Assembly (NCBI GenBank): GCA_045538895.1
Contig: JAZQEH010000118.1
Coordinates: 583-64,582 of the forward strand
DNA length: 64,000 nucleotides
Origin: Eubacteriales bacterium
Lineage (GTDB): Bacteria; Bacillota; Clostridia; Oscillospirales; CAG-272
Direction of reading: 5' to 3'
Part shown: positions 37,631-47,190 of the stretch, in pieces
Layout of the letters: every line of letters starts with the position of its first letter
Numbering within the stretch: the stretch's first letter is position 1
Notes under the pieces: model-generated
The model's input: the letters and a program-made list of their open reading frames with translations, nothing else
What the model was told of the DNA's origin: nothing
Database searches by the model: none
Position numbers and translations under genes: made by a program

Positions 37631-39007
37631 TTATTCTTCAATTAAGATGTTTCTGATGCTCTCAATCTCTTCATTAGTGATGCCAATGGAAAGCAAATAG
37701 TTCTCGGCCTTATCCTGAAAAGTTAATCCGTCAATCTCTTCGAAGGCTTCAAGAAAAGCGTTCATAGAAACGGTGTCAACATCACCGTAATATAAAGCCG
37801 AAAGCTCGTATTCACGCATTAAATCAAATTGGCTAAGGCCGAGCAATGCTTCAAGAATATAGCATATAGTACCCGTACGGTCTTTGCCGTAAGTACAGTG
37901 TAAATATACAGGATATTTTCTTTCATCCGCCAGATCCTTAAAGATATTGTAAGTTGACCTTCTTCCATCATCGGTAAAAATGCCATCATAAGATGATGCG
38001 CCGTAACAAATATGCTCAACGTTTTCACCCAAGGCATCGGGATAGCCCTCGCAATCAACATCATAACGCAGATCCATTTCCGTGCGAACGCCGAGAATTG
38101 ATGTGAGGACAGAAGCACCTTCTTTGGAAATGCAGAAACGTTCAACAATGGCACCGTCGAGCTCTGTTCCACGGTATAGCATTCCCTGCTTGATTCGTCT
38201 GCCGTCCTGCAAAATCCAACCGCCTATATCGCGGAAATTTCTTACTCCCTCGATGCTTATAATACGAGGAGTGTCGGCAGTAAAGAAACTTCCCTCCGAA
38301 GAATTGGTAGCACCATTGGAAAACTTGAAAACCAAACGGTAGAAGTATTCAGTGTTTACTTTTAAATAATTGATATCTAAGAACGTATCATTTTTACCAA
38401 GTGAGTACTTGTCGAAATCGTTGAAGTCTTTATCTTCGGAAATATAAACGTCTGTGCCGATGAAACTGATTTCTCCAGGGATTCCCGAAATCATAAACGA
38501 AAGGCGAAGTGGTACATGAACATCAATTCGGCCGTGATCCTTATATAACTCATGAATCTCGCTCATAGGAGTTTCACCGTCGGCGTTTACATAATCAATA
38601 ACGGCTGAATGCACAACAGGAACTGCGTTTGTAAACATAGGAAGTTTAACTTCAAAAGTTGTATCCGTTTGTTTAACAATTGCAACGGTTTCTTCGGGAA
38701 TTTCAAATTCAGCATTCTGTTTATCACGGTAAACTGAAATCAAAATCAAAACAAGAACAATCAGGAACAAAAAAACGAGTCCAATCAGCTTTTTTTTGTT
38801 CTTTCTGCAAAAGCTTTTGAATTTTGCTAATTTTTTAGACTTTTCCCTGCGTTTTTTGTGTTTGTGGGAATGGTGATGAGAGTGGTGTGAATGATGATGC
38901 GAATGGCTATGTTCATCCTGAGTTTTTGAAAAAAGATGTTCTTCGGGATTTGCATCACTTTCAATAGAAATATTTATATTATTCTCATTTAAATTCTTTT
39001 CTTCCAA
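37631..39007 (-). CDS. Membrane-anchored Cys-based (CX5R) tyrosine-phosphatase-family protein with His-rich N-terminal tail
   Basis: 458 aa. TTG start 7 nt after GGAGA. His-rich EHSHSHHHSHHSHHHSHKHKK, a K/R block, a single TM helix (LIGLVFLFLIVLVLILISVY), an FN3-like middle region, and the C-terminal Y_phosphatase3-like signature HCTYGKDRTG (37871-37900). Confidence 0.8.
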   Translation of the reverse strand: MEEKNLNENNINISIESDANPEEHLFSKTQDEHSHSHHHSHHSHHHSHKHKKRREKSKKLAKFKSFCRKNKKKLIGLVFLFLIVLVLILISVYRDKQNAEFEIPEETVAIVKQTDTTFEVKLPMFTNAVPVVHSAVIDYVNADGETPMSEIHELYKDHGRIDVHVPLRLSFMISGIPGEISFIGTDVYISEDKDFNDFDKYSLGKNDTFLDINYLKVNTEYFYRLVFKFSNGATNSSEGSFFTADTPRIISIEGVRNFRDIGGWILQDGRRIKQGMLYRGTELDGAIVERFCISKEGASVLTSILGVRTEMDLRYDVDCEGYPDALGENVEHICYGASSYDGIFTDDGRRSTYNIFKDLADERKYPVYLHCTYGKDRTGTICYILEALLGLSQFDLMREYELSALYYGDVDTVSMNAFLEAFEEIDGLTFQDKAENYLLSIGITNEEIESIRNILIEE

Positions 39008-39021
39008 AATGACATCTCCAA

Positions 39022-40335
39022 TTATTTTTTAGATATAGAACAAACAAATTCTTTAACAGTCGTTACAAAGAACTTAGGGTTTAAACCTTTCAGCATAAGC
39101 ATGTTATTTGGTCTTAAAGGCTTGATAATAAAGCCAATTATAAAATTCGCAAATACTTGAGTCGCAAAAGAAGCCACAGCGGCTCCGGCGGCACCGTAAG
39201 AAGGAATTAAAACTGCATTAAGTATAATGTTAAACGTCGCACCAAGCAAATTAATTATCCATAAAAATGATTGCTTTTGTTCCGCAAGAATCCAAACGTT
39301 ACGTACGACGCCCATATATGAGAAAGCAACAAACCACACAAGAATCTGAAGCAAAGGAACGCTGGCAAGATATGCATCTCCGTAAAGCAAATATATAATA
39401 AGTTTTGCAAAAACAGTAAACACAATGCTTTGAGCGATGGCCATATACAAGATTATACTGTATAACCCCGAAATGCTTTTCTCATAATCTTGGCTATTCT
39501 CTTTTTTCTTTGTGAGTATCAAAGGTCTGTATGAATCAATAATGGCGTAAAAAACGAACTGAACAACCGAAACACACGTAATTGCAGCCGAGTAATACCC
39601 ATTTTCCGCTTCGCCGATCATGGTTGTAATCATAATATGGTCGGTATTCTGAATGATAACTACCATGAGTGAAGCTAAAATATAAAACTTGCCTTTATTG
39701 ATTAGTATCTTTGCACGGCTAAAAGAAAAAGACAGTTTTTGCAGAGTTTTTTTCTTGTAGATTAAAATCAGTGATATTCCAATAATACAAAAATCGAGAG
39801 AATGTGTTAAGGCAAACCAGTATACACTTTTTCCAAATATAAGCAAGAAACAACGGTAAAGCGAAACGATTACGTAAGATATCAGCATGACTAATGACGA
39901 ATATTTAGACAGTAGTTTATACTGAAACCAATACTGAATCATTTCAAGTGCTGCAAAAACGAGAGATGTGCTATAAAGAATACACACAACAAGTTTTGCT
40001 AAGTCTCCGGAATTGGCAAAGGAAACAAATGTAGCCACGCCTGCCATACATGCTAATGATGACAAAACGTTCATAGTTAGTGCGGTACCCATTATTTCCC
40101 CTTCTTTTTCGGGAGAATCAACAAGTTCGTGTACTAACACCGCATCGAAACCAAGTTTCATCAGCGGCATTGCAAATGCGACAACCGCAGAGGCATAATT
40201 TATAAGACCGTAATTTGCAGGACCAAGATAACGAGCACAAAGCATGCCGATAATGAGCTGCAGTATTGACTGTGCAATCTTGCAAACAATTATCCACTTT
40301 GCATTATTAAAAACCTGTTTAGAATTAATATCCAT
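39022..40335 (-). CDS. wzx: Polysaccharide flippase (Wzx, MOP superfamily)
   Basis: 437 aa with about 12 hydrophobic segments. The N-terminus (FNNAKWIIVCKIAQSILQLIIGMLCARYLGPANYG) is typical of Wzx/RfbX. Confidence 0.85.
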   Translation of the reverse strand: MDINSKQVFNNAKWIIVCKIAQSILQLIIGMLCARYLGPANYGLINYASAVVAFAMPLMKLGFDAVLVHELVDSPEKEGEIMGTALTMNVLSSLACMAGVATFVSFANSGDLAKLVVCILYSTSLVFAALEMIQYWFQYKLLSKYSSLVMLISYVIVSLYRCFLLIFGKSVYWFALTHSLDFCIIGISLILIYKKKTLQKLSFSFSRAKILINKGKFYILASLMVVIIQNTDHIMITTMIGEAENGYYSAAITCVSVVQFVFYAIIDSYRPLILTKKKENSQDYEKSISGLYSIILYMAIAQSIVFTVFAKLIIYLLYGDAYLASVPLLQILVWFVAFSYMGVVRNVWILAEQKQSFLWIINLLGATFNIILNAVLIPSYGAAGAAVASFATQVFANFIIGFIIKPLRPNNMLMLKGLNPKFFVTTVKEFVCSISKK

Positions 40336-40359
40336 AAAACAAAATACTACAAATTGTAG

Positions 40360-41634
40360 TTACGATTGAAATCTATTGCATCCGATAAACGGAAGTGCCA
40401 AAGCAAAATATACAATATACGCCACTTCTGTGCGCAATGAAGAATTATAAAAAACAAGTATGACCGAAAGAACCGAAATTATCATTGATAATTGGCAATA
40501 CAATTTATTAGCCGACGGTTTCTTCCTCATGAAAAACGCTGAAAAAAAAGTTGTAAAGAAAAATGATAAATAAATCATAAAGCCTAAATATCCATTTTCG
40601 AGAAACATAAAGGCGCTGGAAAACCAGTTATAATTTAAATATTCATGCTCAATAAAGAACTTAGAATTACAGATGGCAAATGCAGAAGTGTCACAGTTGC
40701 CAAGACCCAATCCAAATATTTTTGAAATCGGATTTGTAAGAATAGTTTCGCTGATTGTGGAAATGGCTGTAAATCGTCCCAAGTCATTAGCGGAAGAATA
40801 GTTAGTTGCAGTTATTAGTTCAATAATTCTATCTATAGAAAGTCGGTTATGCTCGCCAAATATCTGTGAAAGAATAATGCTGGCAAAACCGACAAGGAAA
40901 ATTGAAAATAGGCAGAGAATAAGATTTTTCCATGTAAACTTTGTAAAGAATACAGAGAAAAAAACTATAATTACGAAAATAATGAAGAATAGTTTTAATT
41001 CTGCTAATGCGGAAATAAGCAAAGCGGTTGCACACTTTAAAATGCATAGAAAAATTGATTCTCTGTCAGAAAAAAGCGATAAAACGGATTTAGCAATAAC
41101 AATGGAAAAGAATACAAGAGAATACGAGTTGCATCCTTTTTCGACACCGAAAATACCACCTAAAAAGTCTTGCTTATATCCCAACGCAAAGAATTGATAC
41201 AAGGATACCGCAGCATTTACCCAAAACAAAAAATCCATTGCTTTGAAGCAACTGTTTGTGTCGGCTTCATCAAAAAAGAAGATATAAGCGAAAAAAGCAA
41301 TATAAAAACGGAAATTGTTTCTAAGCCCCCATAAATAATAAAATGGAGATTGAAAATTAAATAAATATACAATTGCGGTAAGTAAAAAAAATCCGATTAC
41401 AATAAAAGCAAATGGAATAAGAAGTTTATTTAAAATAAAAATCTTTTTGGAAAAAAGAATAAAGAAAAAAGTAAGTAATACAGATACATCAATTAAATAC
41501 TTTACAGCATTCGGTAACATTAATACATCTTGTAAAAAAGAAAGCAAAAAAGGCAAAAAGAAAATCAAAAAAGTCAAAACAACAGGTAAAGGACGTTTTT
41601 TGATATAAATATTGTTAAGCCTAACCGAATTCAT
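40360..41634 (-). CDS. wzy: Polysaccharide polymerase (Wzy/O-antigen-ligase-like membrane protein)
   Basis: 424 aa, very hydrophobic and AT-rich, with 10 or more TM segments and one larger loop. Located between a glycosyltransferase gene and wzx. Confidence 0.72.
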   Translation of the reverse strand: MNSVRLNNIYIKKRPLPVVLTFLIFFLPFLLSFLQDVLMLPNAVKYLIDVSVLLTFFFILFSKKIFILNKLLIPFAFIVIGFFLLTAIVYLFNFQSPFYYLWGLRNNFRFYIAFFAYIFFFDEADTNSCFKAMDFLFWVNAAVSLYQFFALGYKQDFLGGIFGVEKGCNSYSLVFFSIVIAKSVLSLFSDRESIFLCILKCATALLISALAELKLFFIIFVIIVFFSVFFTKFTWKNLILCLFSIFLVGFASIILSQIFGEHNRLSIDRIIELITATNYSSANDLGRFTAISTISETILTNPISKIFGLGLGNCDTSAFAICNSKFFIEHEYLNYNWFSSAFMFLENGYLGFMIYLSFFFTTFFSAFFMRKKPSANKLYCQLSMIISVLSVILVFYNSSLRTEVAYIVYFALALPFIGCNRFQS

Positions 41635-42665
41635 TTTGAAACCCTCTTATTTTTTTTTGATTTAATCTTCAATAGCAAGTAACAAATCGAATAAAGTCTA
41701 AATTTCAGGCATACATAAAAAAACGCGATAGATTTTTTTTCCAATGCTAAAACATCAAAAGAAAGAGTCTGACGCAAAAGTTTATTCTTGAACATATCAT
41801 TCAAAAACATTTTTTTATCATTAGACGACAAATCGGATTCGACAATTTGAGTCATTGCGAATAGTTTAAAAACATGAAACTTAGCTATTATGGCACGGGT
41901 AATTTCGTTTGAAAGTTTTTTATTCTGCACAAATTCCAAGCTTTTTTTCAAGAAAACATCGATCAATTCTTGACGCTTAACATCGTATGTATGAGAAATT
42001 GAATTATCTCGATAACAATAAAAGTAAAGTGGTTCAGAAATGGTAATAGCTTTTTTTACGTGTGGAAAAAAATTCATCGTAAAAAAAGTATCCTCGGACA
42101 TTACCTCACGCTCTGATAAAAACAAAATATTATTGCTTTTTAAAATTTCGAGTTTAAAAAGTTTACAACACGTACTCATTCCATAACCGTGTTTGAAAGT
42201 AAACAAACCGGAAAAGAAATCCAAAAGATTCTTTTCACCATAAATAACGTCAACTTGGTTCGAAAAAAACTTTTCTTGTACTGTGCCGTCAGAAGAAACT
42301 GCACATCTGTCAAACAAAACGACATCCGCACATTCTCTTTCGGCGTTTACAACGCACTTCTCTACGGCATGCTCCGAAATGTAATCATCACTATCAATAA
42401 AGCCAATATATTTACCTTTAGCACGGTTGATACCGATATTTCTGGCAAGCCCGGCACCCTCGTTGCTTTTGTGGATAACAGATATACGACTGTCAATTCC
42501 GGCAAATTTGTCACAAATCTTACCGGAATTGTCAGAAGAGCCATCATCAACTAAAATTATTTCAATATTTTTATATGATTGATTGATAACGGAATTAACA
42601 CATTTTTCAAGGTAATCTTCTACGTTATATACAGGGATAACGATAGAAACCAACGGATCAAGCAT
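41631..42665 (-). CDS. Family 2 glycosyltransferase
   Basis: The ATG at 42665 lies 6 nt after GGGAGG; the ORF track extends to 42803, overlapping the upstream gene. Motifs VSIVIPVYNVEDYLEKCVNSVINQSY, ILVDDGSSD and FIDSDD. Confidence 0.9.
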   Translation of the reverse strand: MLDPLVSIVIPVYNVEDYLEKCVNSVINQSYKNIEIILVDDGSSDNSGKICDKFAGIDSRISVIHKSNEGAGLARNIGINRAKGKYIGFIDSDDYISEHAVEKCVVNAERECADVVLFDRCAVSSDGTVQEKFFSNQVDVIYGEKNLLDFFSGLFTFKHGYGMSTCCKLFKLEILKSNNILFLSEREVMSEDTFFTMNFFPHVKKAITISEPLYFYCYRDNSISHTYDVKRQELIDVFLKKSLEFVQNKKLSNEITRAIIAKFHVFKLFAMTQIVESDLSSNDKKMFLNDMFKNKLLRQTLSFDVLALEKKSIAFFYVCLKFRLYSICYLLLKIKSKKNKRVSK

Positions 42666-42684
42666 TTTGAGCCTCCCGACATTT

Positions 42685-43707
42685 TTATAGCTGTAACAAT
42701 TGAATAATTCCGTTTTGCCAATCATATGGAATAACAGCATTTCTTGGATTTTTTTCGTCGGAAATGGCAAATTCAATTGTTTTATTAAGCTGAACCTTAT
42801 CAAAAGATTTGATAAAATAGAATCCTTCTGTATTTAAAAAAGTTTTCATTTCACCAAAAGCGGTTGTGACAACAGGCTTGCCGCAAGCAGCAGCCTCGAG
42901 TGCTGACAAGGGGACATCGATACACCTGCCGCTTTCAACAACAGGAAAAAAATAAGCATCACAAGCCTGATATATCTCCTCAATATTTGGTAAAAAGCTG
43001 TCCAATATACTGATATTTGAATGGCTTAACAACTCTTCTTTTAGTTTGATGTCATATTCATTTTTAAACAATGGGCTGACAACCAACAAAACCTGATGCT
43101 CTGAACTGATTTTCATAAGTTCAGCTATGTTACGCCCTCTATTAAGATGACCGACATGAAGTATCAGTTTTTTGTCAGGCGAAAAACCGTATTTGCTCTT
43201 AAGAAAACGTTGCTTTTCTTTATCGGCAGGGATGAATTTTTGAGTATCCACACCGGTTTTAATATACGAAAGACGTTTAACAGGCAAAAACTTACTATAA
43301 AACTCAAAAGAGTCATTGGAGAGCACAACAATCTCTGCTCTGCTAAGTTTTAGCAGAAGTCTGGCAATAAATCCGAACTCACTTTTCATAACAAGAATTG
43401 TCTTAATTCTTGTTGAAAATAAAGACAAAACAAAAATTCGTAAGGCTGTGAAAATTGTTTTTGCAGGGAACGGAATATATAATACATTTCCGTAATTTTG
43501 ACGAATAAGTGAAAACAATTTACCGTTAAGTAACAACTTATTAAGGCTTAAATGAACATCGGAAAAAGACGGTTCCCTGTCATATGATACAATCAAAGCA
43601 TCATCTGAAGCATTCTTTAGTCTTTTAACGAGGCTACTTGCTACTTTCAAAAAGCCCTCGTCAGCATTATCAGTTAAGCCATTGGATAAAATCAGCATTT
43701 TTCGCAT
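42685..43707 (-). CDS. GT-B fold glycosyltransferase (GT4/GT1-like)
   Basis: 340 aa. C-terminal E-x7-E-like region (FFPVVESGRCIDVPLSALEAAACGKPVV). Confidence 0.8.
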   Translation of the reverse strand: MRKMLILSNGLTDNADEGFLKVASSLVKRLKNASDDALIVSYDREPSFSDVHLSLNKLLLNGKLFSLIRQNYGNVLYIPFPAKTIFTALRIFVLSLFSTRIKTILVMKSEFGFIARLLLKLSRAEIVVLSNDSFEFYSKFLPVKRLSYIKTGVDTQKFIPADKEKQRFLKSKYGFSPDKKLILHVGHLNRGRNIAELMKISSEHQVLLVVSPLFKNEYDIKLKEELLSHSNISILDSFLPNIEEIYQACDAYFFPVVESGRCIDVPLSALEAAACGKPVVTTAFGEMKTFLNTEGFYFIKSFDKVQLNKTIEFAISDEKNPRNAVIPYDWQNGIIQLLQL

Positions 43708-44783
43708 ATATGTTTACAGCTTTCACAAGTTGAGCATGAGTCAAGCGCCTCTTTAGTAACTTTGCCGTCACGATAATCTCTGACAATCTTATTCTCATAC
43801 ATTGAATACTTTTTCTTTTTAAAGAAGTACAAGAATTTGTGCTTGAGCACCCAGAAAAGCGGAACCCAGATGTATTTATGCATTGCAGGCGATACCGAAC
43901 CTATCATCCAGCAGTTACGGTCACATGCACGTACTTTTTTTCTCACTTGCTCTGCTTGTTCACTATTCCAAAGTTCGTCAAAACTTTGAGTGTTTAGATT
44001 GCCCATTACTTCTTTTTCTTTTGTTCCGTTACAAGGCATAACGTCACCAAACGGATCAATGAAAAATGTATCAAAACTCATGTCGCACTGAAGAAGACGT
44101 TTTTGGCTGAAAATATAGTTAATAAGACCGTGATTGAAGTAGGCTCTGAACCACTTTTTGGGACTGTTGGATTCGAGCAATCTATTTATAAGCTTTTCAA
44201 AATTCTCTGCCACCATAAGGCGGTCATGAATTATATTATTTGATTCAACAAAATAAAAACTGTTATGTAACGAGGCGGTTGCAAATTCCATGTCGAGTTC
44301 GTTTGAAATTTCATAAAGCGGAACGAGATCACATGCGTTTTTATCCTGAACGGTCATGCCGAAGCCTACGTCCTTCATCCCCATTTCTACAAGAGTTTTG
44401 AGTGTGGTGTAGCCACGGTTAAAACCATCATCGAGACCACGGATTTCATTGTTGGTCTTTTCAAGTCCCTCAATCGAAATTCTAATGCCGATTTCGGGAA
44501 ATTCTTTGCAAAGCTCCACGATTCTGTCAGTATAGAAACCGTTAGTTGAAATAACGATACGATCACTTTTTTTGTACAGTTCACGAACCACTTCTTTCAG
44601 ATCTTCACGCATAAAAGGCTCGCCGCCTGTAATATTGGTAAAATACATTTCAGGCAGCTTTTTTATAGTTTCTATTGAGAGTTCTTCCTCTGCCTTTGAA
44701 GGCACTTTGTAACGGTTACACATGGTGCATTTGGCGTTACAGCGATAAGTAACAATTACAGTACCATTTAATTTTTTAGCCAT
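43692..44783 (-). CDS. Radical SAM enzyme with SPASM/twitch-like C-terminal domain
   Basis: The ATG at 44783 follows AGGAG; the ORF track extends to 44852. CxxxCxxC is CNAKCTMC (44718-44741), GGEPF, SPASM-like FFIDPFGDVMPCNG...GNL...FDELWNS...C..NC, and a terminal CSTCESCKHICEKC. Overlaps glycosyltransferase genes at both ends. Confidence 0.85.
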   Translation of the reverse strand: MAKKLNGTVIVTYRCNAKCTMCNRYKVPSKAEEELSIETIKKLPEMYFTNITGGEPFMREDLKEVVRELYKKSDRIVISTNGFYTDRIVELCKEFPEIGIRISIEGLEKTNNEIRGLDDGFNRGYTTLKTLVEMGMKDVGFGMTVQDKNACDLVPLYEISNELDMEFATASLHNSFYFVESNNIIHDRLMVAENFEKLINRLLESNSPKKWFRAYFNHGLINYIFSQKRLLQCDMSFDTFFIDPFGDVMPCNGTKEKEVMGNLNTQSFDELWNSEQAEQVRKKVRACDRNCWMIGSVSPAMHKYIWVPLFWVLKHKFLYFFKKKKYSMYENKIVRDYRDGKVTKEALDSCSTCESCKHICEKC

Positions 44784-45969
44784 TTTTACTCCTATTAAAA
44801 CAGTCAGAATACTTTTTAGCAACAGCAGTCCAAGAATAACGATCAATGACACTTCTGCGAGCTGATTCGGATAATTCAGCGTGAGAATTGATATCGTTCA
44901 CAGTATTAACAATATTGATAAAAGAATCAGTATCATTATACTTGAAACAGAGGTCAGAAGCTTCAAAAGTCAAAGAATCACTAATGATTACAGGAACACC
45001 TGCAGCTAATGCTTCAATTATTGTAAGTGAAAAGCCTTCACTTTTTGAAGAAAAAATCATTGCATCCGCAGTGTTATAAAAAGAATTCAATTTTTCGCCG
45101 GGACAAAGCTCACCAACATAGACAATTCTGTCTTCCAGATGGTTATCTTTTGCAAATCGAATTACTTTTTGAAAATAATCATCATCAATAATACCGCCGG
45201 CAAAAGCAAAAGAAACGTTCTTATTCTCTACCATCAACGGTAGCAAAAGCTCTATAGAGCCGAGCTGATTTTTTCTGTCGCAAACAGAACCAACCTGTAT
45301 AAAAACTTTTTCCGTATTTAAAGAAAAAGAAGCTTTACATGACATCTTTTCTTCGGCGGTAAGCGGCTTATATGTTTTGGAATTTACTCCGTTAGGAATT
45401 AAAACAACTTTTTTTGCATCAATATTGCAGTTGTTAATTATATTCGTTTTTGTATTTTCATTTAAAACAAATACAAGATCTGCATGTTTCATAGCGAATA
45501 CTTCTTGAAAGTATCTGCTCTTCACGGAATCTTTGATTTCTTCCCATTCGCCATGCCAGATATAACTATGATTTGTATAAGCGATAATAGCACGCTTACG
45601 AGTACTTTTGGGCACGAGCTTTAGGAAAAAATATAAATTATATTGATTGTGAAAATGCATTAAAACATTTTCATCAGTAGTTTTCAAAATTTTTTTAAGT
45701 TTCGCTGCAAGTGAAATAGAGTAAACCACTCTCTTAAGTTTGTGCATGATGCCAAGACTGACATCTGTTTTTGTAAAAAAAGATGGTACGTTAACCTCGG
45801 AAATAGGCAAAGAATTGGCAGCTCTTTGCTCTGCCTTAATATCTATAATTTCAGCATCTTCCCCGTTTTTAAGAAAAGCACGTGTAAGCTCCTCTACAAC
45901 GATTTCGGTTGCCGCACCCATTTGTGCAGGAATAGGAGTATACCCTGTACCGATTTCATAAATCTTCAT
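44776..45969 (-). CDS. Family 4 glycosyltransferase
   Basis: 397 aa. EX7E region SSKSEGFSLTIIEALAAGVPVI. Confidence 0.85.
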   Translation of the reverse strand: MKIYEIGTGYTPIPAQMGAATEIVVEELTRAFLKNGEDAEIIDIKAEQRAANSLPISEVNVPSFFTKTDVSLGIMHKLKRVVYSISLAAKLKKILKTTDENVLMHFHNQYNLYFFLKLVPKSTRKRAIIAYTNHSYIWHGEWEEIKDSVKSRYFQEVFAMKHADLVFVLNENTKTNIINNCNIDAKKVVLIPNGVNSKTYKPLTAEEKMSCKASFSLNTEKVFIQVGSVCDRKNQLGSIELLLPLMVENKNVSFAFAGGIIDDDYFQKVIRFAKDNHLEDRIVYVGELCPGEKLNSFYNTADAMIFSSKSEGFSLTIIEALAAGVPVIISDSLTFEASDLCFKYNDTDSFINIVNTVNDINSHAELSESARRSVIDRYSWTAVAKKYSDCFNRSKNG

Positions 45970-47168
45970 TGTTTGCCTCCGTAAACTGAAATAAGCTTCT
46001 CATAATAGGAATCAGGAGTTTCAAATGAAACATCTTTGCAGTTTTCCGTGAATTTGTCAAGAGAACCGTCATCTTCAAACAGACTTTTAAGTTTGTTTAG
46101 TAATTCATCTGCATTTCCGGGTTCGAATAAAAGACCGCTTTTGCCCTCGTTGATAAGTTCAGGAATGCCACCGATGCGTGCTCCTACCACGGGAGTACCG
46201 TAAATCTGTGATTCAATCACAGTATATGGGCAATTCTCATACATTTCCGAAGGACAAACACTACATGCAGCTCCGGAAATAAGTTTACGCAACTCTTCCC
46301 CGGTTTTAAAACCGACATATTCGGCATTTTCAATTTTTTTGATGTCTTCTACCGCCTCACCGTAACCGGCAAATACAAACTTTACACCAGGCATGCGTTT
46401 TGCGGCTTCTAAAAGAGTGTTTGTCCCTTTATCACGCGAAAGATGTCCAAACTCCAAAACATAACTGCCTTTTTGGAAAGAAAGGGACTCGTGCGTTTCC
46501 AAAAAATTATGAATAGCAATAGTTTTAGATGCAAAACGCTCTTCGGAATCAAGCTTTGATTTCATGAACAGCGACGGGCAAATTATAGCATCAACATAAG
46601 AATATGCTTTGTTTTTGCTCCAAAAGAATGCATCAAAAGCTGCAATAATACTTTTCAAGCGTGAATTCTTCATGCATTTACTTTGAATGCAATTCCAATA
46701 CTTTCCACCAATACATTTTTCACAATTATTTAAGTTATTATCAAAAAAACCATGACTGGGGCAAATAAGCTGATAATCATGAGCCGTATATATAATTTTT
46801 AAATCTTTACCGGTATTTTTGCGGTACTTTTGAATTTCAAGAATAATGCTTGGTGTTAAATGAAACTGAATGTTGTTCAAATGAACAACATCTGGATTGA
46901 ATTTATAAAGAACTTTTTTGATTTTTCTGCGTGCTTCGCATGAATAAATCATTCGAAACGGAGCGGTAAGATTCCTCAAGATTCCCTTATTAAAATCCAG
47001 ATCCGATACAAAAGAATCGGCACTGTTGCCAACGATGTTTTTATCATTTTTAAGACCGAAATACTCAACAGAGTGTCCATGACGCTCAAGTGTTTCTCCC
47101 AACTTAAAAACGTATGTTTCGGAACCGCCTTTAGGAAAAAGAAATTTATTTACCAATAAAACCTTCAT
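45966..47168 (-). CDS. Family 4 glycosyltransferase
   Basis: The ATG at 47168 follows GGGAGGAG; the ORF track extends to 47213. Sequence MKVLLVNKFLFPKGGSETY...PSEMYENCPYTVIESQIYGTPVV. Confidence 0.85.
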   Translation of the reverse strand: MKVLLVNKFLFPKGGSETYVFKLGETLERHGHSVEYFGLKNDKNIVGNSADSFVSDLDFNKGILRNLTAPFRMIYSCEARRKIKKVLYKFNPDVVHLNNIQFHLTPSIILEIQKYRKNTGKDLKIIYTAHDYQLICPSHGFFDNNLNNCEKCIGGKYWNCIQSKCMKNSRLKSIIAAFDAFFWSKNKAYSYVDAIICPSLFMKSKLDSEERFASKTIAIHNFLETHESLSFQKGSYVLEFGHLSRDKGTNTLLEAAKRMPGVKFVFAGYGEAVEDIKKIENAEYVGFKTGEELRKLISGAACSVCPSEMYENCPYTVIESQIYGTPVVGARIGGIPELINEGKSGLLFEPGNADELLNKLKSLFEDDGSLDKFTENCKDVSFETPDSYYEKLISVYGGKQ

Positions 47169-47190
47169 AAATTTCTCCTCCCTACAAAAA

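Noticed and set aside
40346-40360. Perfect 7-1-7 palindrome ACTACAA-A-TTGTAGT between wzy and wzx
   Set aside because: It is too short to support a claim, and no similar site occurs elsewhere in the window. It may be a small intercistronic hairpin, but it could easily arise by chance in AT-rich DNA.
42666-42803. N-terminal extensions offered by the ORF track (also 9599-9616, 14383-14388, 20257-20271, 20374-20412, 32039-32050, 34688-34744, 35851-35877, 47169-47213, 48325-48345, 56450-56497, 61371-61445)
   Set aside because: In each case an internal ATG (or TTG) sits 5-10 nt after a clear Shine-Dalgarno sequence, and the family-typical N-terminus begins there. The longer forms would overlap upstream genes or promoters.
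43692-44852. Radical SAM/SPASM enzyme as a RiPP maturase
   Set aside because: Both flanks are overlapped by glycosyltransferase genes. No small precursor-peptide ORF, transporter or protease is adjacent. The 5' extension in the track (44784-44852) lies upstream of the SD-ATG and inside the preceding gene.
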